Notes under the pieces: model-generated
Told to the model about the DNA's origin: nothing
Databases searched by the model: none
What the model saw: only the letters and a program-made list of their open reading frames with translations
Part shown: in pieces, positions 48,256 to 58,847 of the stretch
Numbering within the stretch: the first letter of the stretch is position 1
How the letters are laid out: each line of letters opens with the position of its first letter
Position numbers and translations under genes: made by a program
Origin: Bacteroidota bacterium
GTDB taxonomy: Bacteria > Bacteroidota > Rhodothermia > Rhodothermales > UBA10348
Assembly: GCA_027622005.1 (NCBI GenBank)
Contig: JAQBZH010000004.1
Location: forward strand, 23,586 to 87,585
Reading direction: 5' to 3'
Length of the DNA: 64,000 nt

Positions 48256-49661
48256 GTCTTTCACACCGAGCATTGGCGTTAGCCGCGACATCCGAAGATC
48301 TGGGATGGCTAAAAGAGCACATGGAGGCTCTTTCGGTGTTTAATATTGAAATTATTTTCGGCACTGACCTGTCGCGCCTCGAATTGTTAGATTCCAATGT
48401 CGTCATTCTCGATTCCAGTATTGGATTAGACGGCATCCATACCTTCTTGGCCGACGCCCACTTCTCAAATCCCCATTTGCCTATCGTAGTCAGCGTCGCT
48501 GAAAGCCAAATGGCTGAAATGGATCACCTGATCCGGTATGGCGCCCAGGACTTTATTTTAAAAGACGTCGATAAGCCGGCCGCCATTCGTCGTTCTATCG
48601 TCAACGCGATCGATCGTGCGGCTGCGCTCAAGGTTTCCGCTCAAGCAGAAGCTCAAATTCGTACCCTTGTCGAAAGTCTGTCCGATGGGATCTTAATTGT
48701 TGATTCTGCAGGAATCGTGCTTTACGGCAATCCCATCATTGAAGAATTGCTTGGGCGGCCACTAGACCAACTCTACGGCCTTCAAACTCCGTTTCAGGTT
48801 ACAGGGCAGGCGTACGAAAATCTTTTCTGGGAGCGAGCCAATCAACCCCCAATAACTCTTTCGGTCCATTCCTCTTCCATTCGATGGGACGGCTTGGATG
48901 CCGTTCTTCTTACGTTTCGGGATGTGACGATTGAACAAGCATCGTACGAGATGCTCAAGCTGGCCAAAAAGACTGCGGAGAAGGCCGGCGCCATGAAATC
49001 GACTTTTTTGGCCCATATGAGCCACGAACTACGATTGCCGCTAGCAAGTATCATTGGGTTTGCTCAGCTCATTGAAGAAGGCGAAACAAATAAAGATTTT
49101 AAAGAATTTGCCCATCTAATTGAGGAAAGCGGTCATCGGCTTCTTGAAACCATCAATTCCGTTCTGGAAGCGGCCCGGCTTGAGCAACACACCTTACTTC
49201 CCACTATTAGTAATATCGACCTTGCTACCATGATCCCATCGGTTATTAAAAGGCTACAACCTCTTGTGAGACAACCGAGTGTGGCCATTTCTTCATTTGG
49301 TCCTCCCTCCCTCCCCGTATTAGGTGATCGGAATTTTACTGAGCGAATCTTAACCAACCTAATTGGAAATGCAGCCAAGTTCACCACCGAAGGGCGTATT
49401 CATGTTAGCTGGGAAAAGTCAGAGACGGAAGCGATTGTAAAAGTGATAGACACCGGCATTGGGATCGATTCCGCGTTCCTTTCGGAGGCGTTTGAGCCTT
49501 TCACTCAGGAAAGCTCAGGATCGGGCCGCAATTATGAAGGAACCGGCCTCGGACTCGCTATCTCCAAAAAATTAGTTGAGACCATGAACGGAAGCATCTC
49601 CGTTCAAAGTAAAAAAAATGAGGGAGCTACTTTCATTTTTACTCTTCCATTGGCGCCATAA
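48252..49661 (+). CDS. Cytoplasmic sensor histidine kinase: atypical receiver-like N-domain + PAS + HisKA + HATPase
   Basis: 469 aa. VVILDSSIGLDG / FILKD receiver-like segment, H-box HMSHELRLPL, G-box GTGLGLAISKKLVE. ATGA overlap with the M24 gene. Confidence 0.8.
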   Translation: MSLSHRALALAATSEDLGWLKEHMEALSVFNIEIIFGTDLSRLELLDSNVVILDSSIGLDGIHTFLADAHFSNPHLPIVVSVAESQMAEMDHLIRYGAQDFILKDVDKPAAIRRSIVNAIDRAAALKVSAQAEAQIRTLVESLSDGILIVDSAGIVLYGNPIIEELLGRPLDQLYGLQTPFQVTGQAYENLFWERANQPPITLSVHSSSIRWDGLDAVLLTFRDVTIEQASYEMLKLAKKTAEKAGAMKSTFLAHMSHELRLPLASIIGFAQLIEEGETNKDFKEFAHLIEESGHRLLETINSVLEAARLEQHTLLPTISNIDLATMIPSVIKRLQPLVRQPSVAISSFGPPSLPVLGDRNFTERILTNLIGNAAKFTTEGRIHVSWEKSETEAIVKVIDTGIGIDSAFLSEAFEPFTQESSGSGRNYEGTGLGLAISKKLVETMNGSISVQSKKNEGATFIFTLPLAP

Positions 49662-49674
49662 ACCAGCAGAAATC

Positions 49675-50847
49675 GTGATATCCGAACCAAATCAACTATT
49701 CGCGCTGCTTGCCTCCGTTTTAGCCCTTCTTTTTTGGTTGAGCACGTACAAGCGCCTCAACATATTTTTCAAGTTCCTCCCTCCCGTTATTTGGGCTTAT
49801 TTCATCCCCATGTTTATGACGACGGGCGGCATAACGCCCTCATCATCCCCCGTCTACAAGTGGATGGCAGACTACTTACTGCCCCTCTCTCTTTTTCTGT
49901 TGATGCTGACTGTTGATCTTCCGTCCATCTTAAAATTGGGCAAAAAGGCCATTTTTATGATGTTAGCGGGTACTTTAGGAGTCGTGATTGGGGGACCTAT
50001 AGCATATTTGATTTTCAAGTCATTTCTCCCACCCGATGCGTGGAAGGGATTTGCAACCCTTTCCGGAAGCTGGATTGGGGGAACGGCAAATCTCGTTGCT
50101 ATACAAAAGAGTGTAGGGGCGCCGGATTCGGTCGTAGGGCCAATTATTGTAGTGGATACGGTCGTGGGGTATGGTTGGATGGGAATTCTCATCTTTCTGA
50201 GCACGTTTCAAGCCAAATTTGATAAGTGGGCTAAAGCGGACAACAGCGCTATCGAACAGGCTAATGCACGACTATCCGAAATGGACACGGTTCGAAGGCC
50301 AACCACGCTCAATGACATTATTTACATTTTGGGATTGGGGTTAGGGGCTACAGCTATTGCCATCGCCGTCGGGCGAGGCCTTCCTCCGCTCGGGGACCCT
50401 GTAATTATTAGTTCGACCACCTGGACGATCTTGATCGTAGTAACAATTGGCCTGGCACTCTCTTTTACGCCTCTTCAAAAACTCGAACAGGTAGGAGCTT
50501 CCCGAATCGGGTTTTTAGCCCTGTTTTTGCTCATCACATCGATTGGGGCCCAGGCTAACCTAGTCGCGGTCTTAGACGCTCCCCTTTATTTTGCCGCAGG
50601 AATCGTGTGGATCTCCATACATATTTCCATTCTGATGATCGTAGCAAAATGGCTCAAGGCACCTCTGTTTTATGTGGCTACGGGTAGCATGGCAAATATT
50701 GGCGGTGCGGCAAGCGCGCCTATTGTCGCTAGCGTGTATCACCCAGCCATGGCCCCCGTTGGGCTATTAATGGGCGTTTCAGGGTATTTCCTAGGAATCT
50801 ATGCGGCATTAGGGTGCGCCTGGATTCTGAGCCAATTGGCAATGTAA
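49675..50847 (+). CDS. DUF819-family polytopic membrane protein
   Basis: About 390 aa and roughly 10 TM. The GTG at 49675 lies 13 nt after the kinase stop. The track start ATG 49618 would overlap the kinase by 44 nt. Start uncertain. Confidence 0.65.
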   Translation: MISEPNQLFALLASVLALLFWLSTYKRLNIFFKFLPPVIWAYFIPMFMTTGGITPSSSPVYKWMADYLLPLSLFLLMLTVDLPSILKLGKKAIFMMLAGTLGVVIGGPIAYLIFKSFLPPDAWKGFATLSGSWIGGTANLVAIQKSVGAPDSVVGPIIVVDTVVGYGWMGILIFLSTFQAKFDKWAKADNSAIEQANARLSEMDTVRRPTTLNDIIYILGLGLGATAIAIAVGRGLPPLGDPVIISSTTWTILIVVTIGLALSFTPLQKLEQVGASRIGFLALFLLITSIGAQANLVAVLDAPLYFAAGIVWISIHISILMIVAKWLKAPLFYVATGSMANIGGAASAPIVASVYHPAMAPVGLLMGVSGYFLGIYAALGCAWILSQLAM

Positions 50848-50935
50848 GTCTGCTTTGAATCTTGCCGTTCTAAGCCAGACCACCAGGCTGATAGAATTTC
50901 GGATTTTAGATGACCCTGGGCGGCCGAACCAGGAC

Positions 50936-52756
50936 CTATTTCAGAGCGATTTTTTGACTTAACGCTTCAGCTTCGTCCACTAATTGGCCGATCGCTGCCA
51001 CCCCCCCGGCCCAAAACTTCGGATCCTTTAGATCAACACCCAATTTTCCGACCAAGACGTGCGGCCAGTCCGATCCTCCCGCGGACAGCAGTTCCAGATA
51101 GGATTCGGCGAAGGCATCGCCCATCGCTTCATATTTGGCGTAGAGAGCCAAAACCAACAGTTCGCCAAAAGCATACGCATAGACGTAACCTGGCGTATGC
51201 AAAAAGTGCGGGATATAACTCCACCACCACCGGTAATTTTCTGTCAGTGTGACGCTACCCCCAAACATGGGAGTTTGCGTTTGTACCCAGGCTTCCGAAA
51301 ATTCTTCAGCTGAGAGCTCCCCTTTCTCCCTCCTCATGGTATGAATTTGCTCTTCAAACCGATTCATGGATACCTGGCGGAATACCGTCGCAATCGTGTC
51401 GTCGATCTTACCCATGAGCATGGCCAATCGATTTTCATCATTGGTTTCTGCTTTCATCAAACGCTGAAAAACCAGCATTTCACCAAAAACAGAAGCGGTT
51501 TCCGCGGTTGTTAGCGGCGTATCAGCGTGAAAAATGCCTTGTTTGCGGGAGAGATATTGATGGATACCATGTCCTAGCTCATGAGCCAAAGTCTGAACGT
51601 CCCGAATCTTGCCGGTGTAATTAACCATGATATATGGATGGGCACTAGGAACGGCGCCGTGACTAAAGGCTCCTCCCCGTTTTGCCGGCGCTAATGCAGC
51701 ATCTATCCAGTTCTCGTCAAAAAACTTTTGAGCGATTTCCCCCATCTGAGGATGAAACTGATAGTAGGCAGCTAAAACCATCTCTTTTGCCTCTTCCCAG
51801 CTAATCTGACGATCCGCCTCTCCGATCGGCGCGTACCGATCATATTCAAACATCTCATCCAGTTTCAGGAGCTGTTTTTTGATTGAATAGAAACGGGAAA
51901 CATGTTTATATCCTTCTTGCACGGCGCTGATGAGCGCTTCGACGTCTGCGTCGGCCACTTCGTTTGATTGATTGCGCGAAGAAATCCACGACGGATATTT
52001 CCTTAGACGGTCATCGAGGGCTTTATCAGCCAAAATGGTGTTGAAAACGAATGTTAGTGGGCGGACTGCCCCTTTTAGCCCGTGGGTGAACGCGTCGGCA
52101 GCTTCTTTTCGAATGGCTCGGTCTCCGTCGTGAAGCCGCGCGAGGATCTGTTGCTGTGTTAATTTTTCACCCGAGACATCAAACATCAAATCTCCCAATG
52201 TCTCATCAAAAAACCGATTCCAGGCGGATCTACCCGTGTTGTGTTTTTCGACCATCACGCGCTCTTCAGGCTCCGACAACAAGTGTTGTTTGCCTAAAGC
52301 CAATACTTCCAAATAGTGGCTGAACGGCTTCATTTCTGGCAATTGCAGAATCGATTCAACCTTTTCTTCATCAAGCAAAGTCCACTCAAGATCGAAAAAG
52401 AGCAGTTTGGTAGAAACTTCTGTGTAGGCTTCTTTCACTTTTTGAAGGAGAGCCCCGCGCTTGGGATCAGAGGTGTCGGTAGACCAATTGAGGTATGCGT
52501 ACGTGTAGGCGCGTCCTATGGTGTCCTGAACGCTTCCTAATTCACTCATAACTACTGCAAACTGAGCGTTTTGAATCAAATCTACTTTTCCTCTAAAGCT
52601 GGAGGAAAACCGTGTAGCTTCCGAAATACAGGACTCCAATGCGTCCAGCAACGCTTTTTCGGATGTAAAAAGATCAGATAAGTCCCAAAGAATAAACTCA
52701 GCCCCGGTTTTAGGATCGGAAATGGACCTTTTCGAAAGAGAATTGGAGGACGCCAT
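50936..52756 (-). CDS. pepF: M3B oligoendopeptidase F-like metallopeptidase
   Basis: 606 aa. HELGHGIH zinc motif. Confidence 0.85.
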   Translation of the reverse strand: MASSNSLSKRSISDPKTGAEFILWDLSDLFTSEKALLDALESCISEATRFSSSFRGKVDLIQNAQFAVVMSELGSVQDTIGRAYTYAYLNWSTDTSDPKRGALLQKVKEAYTEVSTKLLFFDLEWTLLDEEKVESILQLPEMKPFSHYLEVLALGKQHLLSEPEERVMVEKHNTGRSAWNRFFDETLGDLMFDVSGEKLTQQQILARLHDGDRAIRKEAADAFTHGLKGAVRPLTFVFNTILADKALDDRLRKYPSWISSRNQSNEVADADVEALISAVQEGYKHVSRFYSIKKQLLKLDEMFEYDRYAPIGEADRQISWEEAKEMVLAAYYQFHPQMGEIAQKFFDENWIDAALAPAKRGGAFSHGAVPSAHPYIMVNYTGKIRDVQTLAHELGHGIHQYLSRKQGIFHADTPLTTAETASVFGEMLVFQRLMKAETNDENRLAMLMGKIDDTIATVFRQVSMNRFEEQIHTMRREKGELSAEEFSEAWVQTQTPMFGGSVTLTENYRWWWSYIPHFLHTPGYVYAYAFGELLVLALYAKYEAMGDAFAESYLELLSAGGSDWPHVLVGKLGVDLKDPKFWAGGVAAIGQLVDEAEALSQKIALK

Positions 52757-52943
52757 AAATGCGGTTTGATAATGGGTTTAGAAGAAAACTTAGGCCGGTC
52801 TTGTAGTTGGTTCGGCCTTCCAACTGAAATTCTTGGGCTTGCAGAGAACCCATTAACCCTGAAAAGGGTTCGACTGTCCAGACGCTTATCCAATTCGTAA
52901 GCGACGATCGATCTATTTAGACAATCTTTTTTGGAATTCTTTC

Positions 52944-53474
52944 ATGAAGTCAACGATACTCGTCCTTTTGGTTTTTTCCTTTGCCTGGATTGGTTGCCAA
53001 AAGGACTCCGCAACGAGAGAGTTACTTCCGGGTGAGACGAGACTCGACACCCCGATTCCTACCTTTAACGAACCCACTTTGGCGGGGGACTCTCTCGCAT
53101 CGTCCGACCTAAAGGGACAAATTACAGTCGTCAATTTCTGGGCTACCTGGTGCGGACCATGTGTAATTGAAATCCCAGAATTCGTTGCGCTGCAAGAGGA
53201 ATGGAAGGATCGCCCATTTCAGTTCATAGGCGTTTCAATGGATGAAGCCGGATTTGAGTCCATCGAAACGTTTGTAGCTGACTTTCACATGAACTACCCC
53301 CAAATAATGGACACGGGAGAATTAGCAGACTCCTTTGGAGGCGTTTGGGCTCTCCCTACCACTTTTGTTATCGATCAAAACGGAACCGTCCTTTCGAGTT
53401 ATCTCGGTCTTTTTCCGCTCGCAACCCTACGAGATGAACTAGACGAAATGGTTAAAGCGATCGAAACCAACTAG
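52944..53474 (+). CDS. TlpA/ResA-like thiol-disulfide oxidoreductase, lipoprotein
   Basis: 176 aa. Lipobox-like FAWIGC and the active site WATWCGPC. Confidence 0.8.
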   Translation: MKSTILVLLVFSFAWIGCQKDSATRELLPGETRLDTPIPTFNEPTLAGDSLASSDLKGQITVVNFWATWCGPCVIEIPEFVALQEEWKDRPFQFIGVSMDEAGFESIETFVADFHMNYPQIMDTGELADSFGGVWALPTTFVIDQNGTVLSSYLGLFPLATLRDELDEMVKAIETN

Positions 53475-54772
53475 ACGGTTTTTGAGCTCGGCGTGTACGT
53501 CCCGACGGTCATGCAATCTTCAACAAAGTAGGTCTTCGCAACGTGCCTTATCTGCTCGGCCGAGACGCCCTCCGCCATTTCCAGAAACCGGGTGTACAGT
53601 TTCCAGTCCCCTGCTGCGATTGCTTCGTTGAGCTCCGATGCCAGGGAAAACGATCCATCTCGGGCATATAGGGTCTGAGCTTGCAGTTTTTTAACAGCCC
53701 TTATCAGCTCCTCCTGGGTAACGAGCTGCTCTTTTAACTCCGTTACTACTGTTTCAAAAATTTTCTCGACTTCGATCAAAGATTCTTCCTTAGCAGACAT
53801 TGCCACTAAACTAAAGAGACCCGGATCCCGAAAAGACGAGGCACTGGCTGACTGCGTGGTGCACAGGCCGGAATCCACCAAGAGCTGAGCCAATCGACTT
53901 GATTTTCCAGTCGATAAAATCATCGAAAGTACTTGCAGCGCAGGGATATCCTGGTGCTGGGCTTCAGGAATTTTATAGGCTACTAGAATGGTCGGCATCC
54001 CCCCCGTCATCCGAATCGAAATAGTTCGCTTTCCCCTTTGTTCTGGTTCCAAACCGTCGAAATCTTTGATTGGAATTTCCGTCCGCGGAATAGGTCCAAA
54101 CGCTTTCCTGATTTGGGCCATGACCATTTTGGCATCAAATCCACCGATTACGGAAATAGTCGCATTGTTAGGCCAGTAATAGCGGTCGTAAAAAGAACGG
54201 AGTCCTTCCGGCGTTACCTCCTCGATATCTTTACGCCATCCAATGGTGGGGTGATGGTATGGGTGAGCGACAAAGGCGGCCGACCAAACGGAATGGTATA
54301 GTTTCCGCATCGGCTCATTTTCGCCCCGATCGAACTCATTCAGTATGACGGTTCGCTCGCTGTTTACTTCAACCGGGTCTAAGAGTAGCCCTCGCATTCG
54401 GTCCGCTTCGATGTCTACCGCCAATTCCAAATGTTCGGAAGGAAGCATCTCGTAGTAATTGGTCCGATCATTCCACGTCGTAGCATTGACGCGGGCTCCC
54501 TTTGCCTGCAAGACGTTGAAAATGGTCATTCCCGACTTTTTTGAGTACTTTTTTGTCCCTTTAAACATCATGTGCTCGAGGAAGTGGGTCGCACCCGTTT
54601 CCCCCAACGTTTCGTCACGACTTCCCACTTTATACGTAATCATAAAAGTCGATACCGGGGCGGCTCCGGATGGCGCCAAAAGGACTTCGAGTCCATTCGA
54701 TTCCAAACGATAGGAATCGATTCCCCCTTCGCTTTCGAGGGCATTAAAACCGGGATATTCTGCTACTATCAC
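53471..54772 (-). CDS. M16-family (pitrilysin/insulinase) zinc peptidase
   Basis: 433 aa. Inverted zinc motif HFLEHMMFKGT. Confidence 0.85.
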   Translation of the reverse strand: MIVAEYPGFNALESEGGIDSYRLESNGLEVLLAPSGAAPVSTFMITYKVGSRDETLGETGATHFLEHMMFKGTKKYSKKSGMTIFNVLQAKGARVNATTWNDRTNYYEMLPSEHLELAVDIEADRMRGLLLDPVEVNSERTVILNEFDRGENEPMRKLYHSVWSAAFVAHPYHHPTIGWRKDIEEVTPEGLRSFYDRYYWPNNATISVIGGFDAKMVMAQIRKAFGPIPRTEIPIKDFDGLEPEQRGKRTISIRMTGGMPTILVAYKIPEAQHQDIPALQVLSMILSTGKSSRLAQLLVDSGLCTTQSASASSFRDPGLFSLVAMSAKEESLIEVEKIFETVVTELKEQLVTQEELIRAVKKLQAQTLYARDGSFSLASELNEAIAAGDWKLYTRFLEMAEGVSAEQIRHVAKTYFVEDCMTVGTYTPSSKTV

Positions 54773-54802
54773 TGTATCTGGGTCCGTTTTGAATCTAAAA
54801 GT

Positions 54803-57625
54803 TTAGTGCGCTTCCAACCAGTTGTTTCCGACATCCATCGAAACTTCCACGGGAATCTGGAGCGGCAGCGCCCCTACCATTTCCTCGCGGACCAGCGTCT
54901 TCATTTGCTCCAGTTCAGCAGGCACGACTTCGAATACCAATTCGTCATGGACCTGCAATAACATCTGACTTTTCAACCCTTCCCGTTTAATCCGCTTTTG
55001 GATGGCGATCATGGCCAATTTAATCATATCTGCCTGAGTACCTTGAATTGGCATATTTACGGACACTCGCTCTGCAAAAGCCCTAACGGTTCGATTCTGG
55101 GCATTGATATCAGGAATGTATCGTTTACGCCCGAGCATAGTCTCAGCATAACCGGTCGCTTGGGCCTTTTCTATTTGATGGTTGATGAAAGAGGACACCG
55201 CTGGAAAACTACGGTTGTATCCGTCGATGAGCTCCTGAGATTCGGTTCTTGAGCATCTTAGCCGGGTTGCCAATCCAAACGCTGAAATGCCGTACGGGAT
55301 ACCGTAGTTCACTTCTTTGGCCTTGTTGCGCTGTTCTCTGGTTACCTCGGAAACGTCAACGCCGAATACCTTTGCGGCCGTCGCTGTATGAATATCGACC
55401 CCGTCTCGATAGGCTTGCTTTAGGGCTTCGTCGCCACTTAGAGAAGCTAAAATGCGCAATTCAATCTGAGCGTAGTCTGCTGACATCAAAACGCAGCCTT
55501 GTTTAGCCACAAATGCTTTTCGAACCTCTCGGCCCCGTTCCGTTCGGATGGGAATGTTCTGGAGATTGGGGTTGTTGCTGGCCAAACGCCCCGTCGCGGC
55601 GGTCGTTTGGCTATACGACGTATGGATTCGATGGGTGATCGGATGTACCAAATTTCCCAGTGAGTCGATGTACGTTGATTTCAACTTAGCTAACTCCCTC
55701 CAGTCCAGGATCATTCCCGGCAACGCGTGCTCCGTGGCGAGCTCTTGCAAGTCGGATTCTTTGGTAGATGGCTTACCCGTCGAGGTCTTTGAAATCACAC
55801 GAAGACCGAGCTTATCGTACAAGATTACCCCAATTTGGGCGGGCGATCCAATATTAAATTCATCTCCAGCCACTTCGTAAATCTGGCGCTCCAGAACGTC
55901 TAAATCTTCTGTCGTTTTGACCGAAAGGTCTATTAAAACCGAAGTATCTAAGGCAATTCCAGCCAATTCCATTTCCGAAAGAACTTCGACGAGCGGAAAT
56001 TCGATGTCATACGCGACCTTGGCTACCTCCCGCTCTAGCAACATAGGCTCAAACACATTGGCCAGTCTAAGCGCGATGTCAGCGTCTTCGCAGGCGTATG
56101 GCGAAATGTCCGATGGGGCCACTTCCCGCATGGATATTTGTGTTTTTCCCGACCCAATGAGCGAAGAAATTGGAATGGTCTCGTAGTTCAGATACCGTTT
56201 GGCCAATGCGTCCAAATTGTGCGCTTCTTCAGGAGCTATCAGGTAATGGGCTACCATGGTGTCAAAGACAGGGCCGGCCACTTTTACTCCGTGATGGGCC
56301 ATCACAATCCAGTCATACTTAACGTTTTGGCCGATTTTAAGTGCGGGACCTTCTAAAATAGGTCTGACCAGATCCAAAACGGCTTCCGTAGACGTCCCGT
56401 CCGGCATGGGCGTGGGGATATAAAAGGCTTCTCCCGGTTTAACACTTAATGACAGCCCAACCATAGACGCGATTTGAGGGTCCACAGAGGTCGTCTCCGT
56501 GTCGAAACTAATCCGATCATGTTCCAGGACGTACTTCACGACTTCGCGCAATTTCTCGGGTGATGTAACGAAGGTATACTCGACGTTTTCAGCCCGGTAA
56601 GAATCGAAGTTACCAGCGCCAAATAGGTCACTGGAATCCGCCTCCGCTGTTTCTAGCCCTGAAACCGGTGCCTTCTTGACGTCAGATTTTTGGACCAACG
56701 GCGCAAAAAAGCCGGCATTTGCCGCGTGTTTAGGTCCCAAAACGCGCTCCGCCCGATCGAAAAGCCTGGAAAACTCTAGTTCGTCAAAAAGCTGCTTAAT
56801 GTGTCCGAGGTCCGGTGCGCTACAAATAAAATCATTCCATCCAAGGCTCAGTTCGACATCCGTCTTGATCGTTACGAGACGTTTAGAGAGCCGGGCCATA
56901 TCGGCTTCATTTGTCAATCCCTCGTGGGCTCTTTTCCCTTTTACTTCGTGGGCATGGTCCAAAAGATTTTCGAGCGTCCCATACTCCTGAATTAAAGCTA
57001 TTGCCGTTTTTTCGCCAATTCCTTTAACACCCGGGACGTTGTCCGCGGCGTCTCCCATCAGAGCCAAGATGTCGATAAACTGGATGGGGTTTAGTCCAAA
57101 TTTCTCTTTGAAGGATGATTCCGTGATAGGGTCGAACTCTTCTCCCCGATAAGCGGGCCGAAATTGCTCTACGTCTTTGCTAAGTAACTGCTGAAAATCC
57201 TTGTCCGGGGAAACGATAACTGCATGGGCCCCATCGCGTTCCGCTTGTTTTGCCAACGTCCCAATAACGTCATCTGCCTCTACGCCTTCGACCTCCACCA
57301 CCGGGATATCCATGGCTTTCACAATACGTTTGATATGGGGCAGGTTGGCTATTAGCTCTTCCGGCGGCGGATCTCGATGGCCTTTGTAGTCCTCATACAT
57401 TTCATCCCGAAAGGTCCCACCGTCTCCCATAACATCAAACACAACGGCGATATGATCGATTCCACGATCCTCAATTAATTTGATCAGCGCTGAAATAAAC
57501 CCATACGTGGCGCTGGTGTTGAATCCTTTGGAATTTATAAGAGGTCGGTTGATAAAAATAAAATGTGCCCGATAGGCCAGCGCCATGGCATCGAGCAGAT
57601 AAAGCGTGTTTTTAGACGTACTCAT
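54803..57625 (-). CDS. polA: DNA polymerase I
   Basis: 940 aa. 5'-nuclease N-terminus, DYAQIELRILA (motif A), QVHDELVFE (motif C). Confidence 0.95.
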   Translation of the reverse strand: MSTSKNTLYLLDAMALAYRAHFIFINRPLINSKGFNTSATYGFISALIKLIEDRGIDHIAVVFDVMGDGGTFRDEMYEDYKGHRDPPPEELIANLPHIKRIVKAMDIPVVEVEGVEADDVIGTLAKQAERDGAHAVIVSPDKDFQQLLSKDVEQFRPAYRGEEFDPITESSFKEKFGLNPIQFIDILALMGDAADNVPGVKGIGEKTAIALIQEYGTLENLLDHAHEVKGKRAHEGLTNEADMARLSKRLVTIKTDVELSLGWNDFICSAPDLGHIKQLFDELEFSRLFDRAERVLGPKHAANAGFFAPLVQKSDVKKAPVSGLETAEADSSDLFGAGNFDSYRAENVEYTFVTSPEKLREVVKYVLEHDRISFDTETTSVDPQIASMVGLSLSVKPGEAFYIPTPMPDGTSTEAVLDLVRPILEGPALKIGQNVKYDWIVMAHHGVKVAGPVFDTMVAHYLIAPEEAHNLDALAKRYLNYETIPISSLIGSGKTQISMREVAPSDISPYACEDADIALRLANVFEPMLLEREVAKVAYDIEFPLVEVLSEMELAGIALDTSVLIDLSVKTTEDLDVLERQIYEVAGDEFNIGSPAQIGVILYDKLGLRVISKTSTGKPSTKESDLQELATEHALPGMILDWRELAKLKSTYIDSLGNLVHPITHRIHTSYSQTTAATGRLASNNPNLQNIPIRTERGREVRKAFVAKQGCVLMSADYAQIELRILASLSGDEALKQAYRDGVDIHTATAAKVFGVDVSEVTREQRNKAKEVNYGIPYGISAFGLATRLRCSRTESQELIDGYNRSFPAVSSFINHQIEKAQATGYAETMLGRKRYIPDINAQNRTVRAFAERVSVNMPIQGTQADMIKLAMIAIQKRIKREGLKSQMLLQVHDELVFEVVPAELEQMKTLVREEMVGALPLQIPVEVSMDVGNNWLEAH

Positions 57626-57738
57626 TCAGTTGATTTGGTTTGCTGCAAACTATGAATCAGCGACCGGAGACGGAACCCTTAGAGCGATCGATCTTACACG
57701 GGATGGATTTTTTCTTGAGTATCTTCAAATTGTTCGAC

Positions 57739-58800
57739 ATGGATTTAAGACGACTACAAAACGTGTTGGTGACCGGTGGAGCCGGATTTATTGGCTCCAA
57801 CTATCTGAATCGTGTGGTGAAGTCCCATCCTGAGGTACATTTTGTCAATGTTGATGCGCTTACGTATGCCGGAAATCTGGAAAACTTATCTGAGATTTCA
57901 GGGCGCTCGAACTACTCGTTTGAGCTCGGAAATATCACCGATTTGGGATTTATCGAGTCGATTTTTAAAAAGTACCCGATCGATGCTGTGGTTCATTTCG
58001 CTGCTGAATCCCATGTCGATCGTTCCATTCTCGACCCAACCGCGTTTGTAAAGACCAATGTGGATGGGACCTTGGTTCTTCTTCAAGTTGCAAAAACGGC
58101 CTGGAAAGAGGGAAAAGGCTTTTTTCACCACGTATCGACGGACGAGGTTTTTGGTTCGTTGGGCCATTCGGGTGTGTTCACCCTAGACTCTCCGTATGCT
58201 CCGAGATCACCTTATGCGGCTTCAAAAGCTTCTGCCGACCACTTGGTGAGAAGTTTTGGAACGACCTACGGATTTCCGTTTGTGATTACGAATACGAGCA
58301 ATAACTACGGACCCTACCAGTTTCCAGAAAAGCTCATCCCGCTTGTGTTAAATAATGCGCGTACTCGAAAACCCATTCCGATTTACGGTAAGGGCGAAAA
58401 CGTCCGGGATTGGCTCTACGTAGAGGATCATTGTGAAGCGCTTGAAAAAGTGTTGACCCGCGGACAGGTAGGACAAACGTATTTGATAGGCGGATCCGAG
58501 GAATCCAGTAATCTGGACTTGGTAGAATCTCTTTTGGAAGTTTTTGACGATATTTCTGGCCATTCCACCGGCCACAGTGCCGAATTGATTACCTTCGTCC
58601 AAGACCGCGCCGGACACGATTTCAGATACGCAATCGACTCCTCTTTTGCACAAAAAGAGTTGGATTGGAGGCCCCGACACACGTTAAGGGACGGACTAAA
58701 AAAGACAGTCACCTGGTACCTGGAGCATCCTGACTGGCTTTCCAATATCTTGAACGAGTCCTACCGCACATATTATCAAACTCAATACGTCAATCGTTGA
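57739..58800 (+). CDS. rfbB: dTDP-glucose 4,6-dehydratase
   Basis: Start placed at MDLRRLQNVLVTGGAGFIGSN (ATG 57739; the track ORF starts at 57640). YAASKASADHL (YxxxK). Confidence 0.9.
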   Translation: MDLRRLQNVLVTGGAGFIGSNYLNRVVKSHPEVHFVNVDALTYAGNLENLSEISGRSNYSFELGNITDLGFIESIFKKYPIDAVVHFAAESHVDRSILDPTAFVKTNVDGTLVLLQVAKTAWKEGKGFFHHVSTDEVFGSLGHSGVFTLDSPYAPRSPYAASKASADHLVRSFGTTYGFPFVITNTSNNYGPYQFPEKLIPLVLNNARTRKPIPIYGKGENVRDWLYVEDHCEALEKVLTRGQVGQTYLIGGSEESSNLDLVESLLEVFDDISGHSTGHSAELITFVQDRAGHDFRYAIDSSFAQKELDWRPRHTLRDGLKKTVTWYLEHPDWLSNILNESYRTYYQTQYVNR

Positions 58801-58847
58801 CCTGTCCACCCCGGACTCGTCGAATGATCCACTGATAGAGGGCATTC

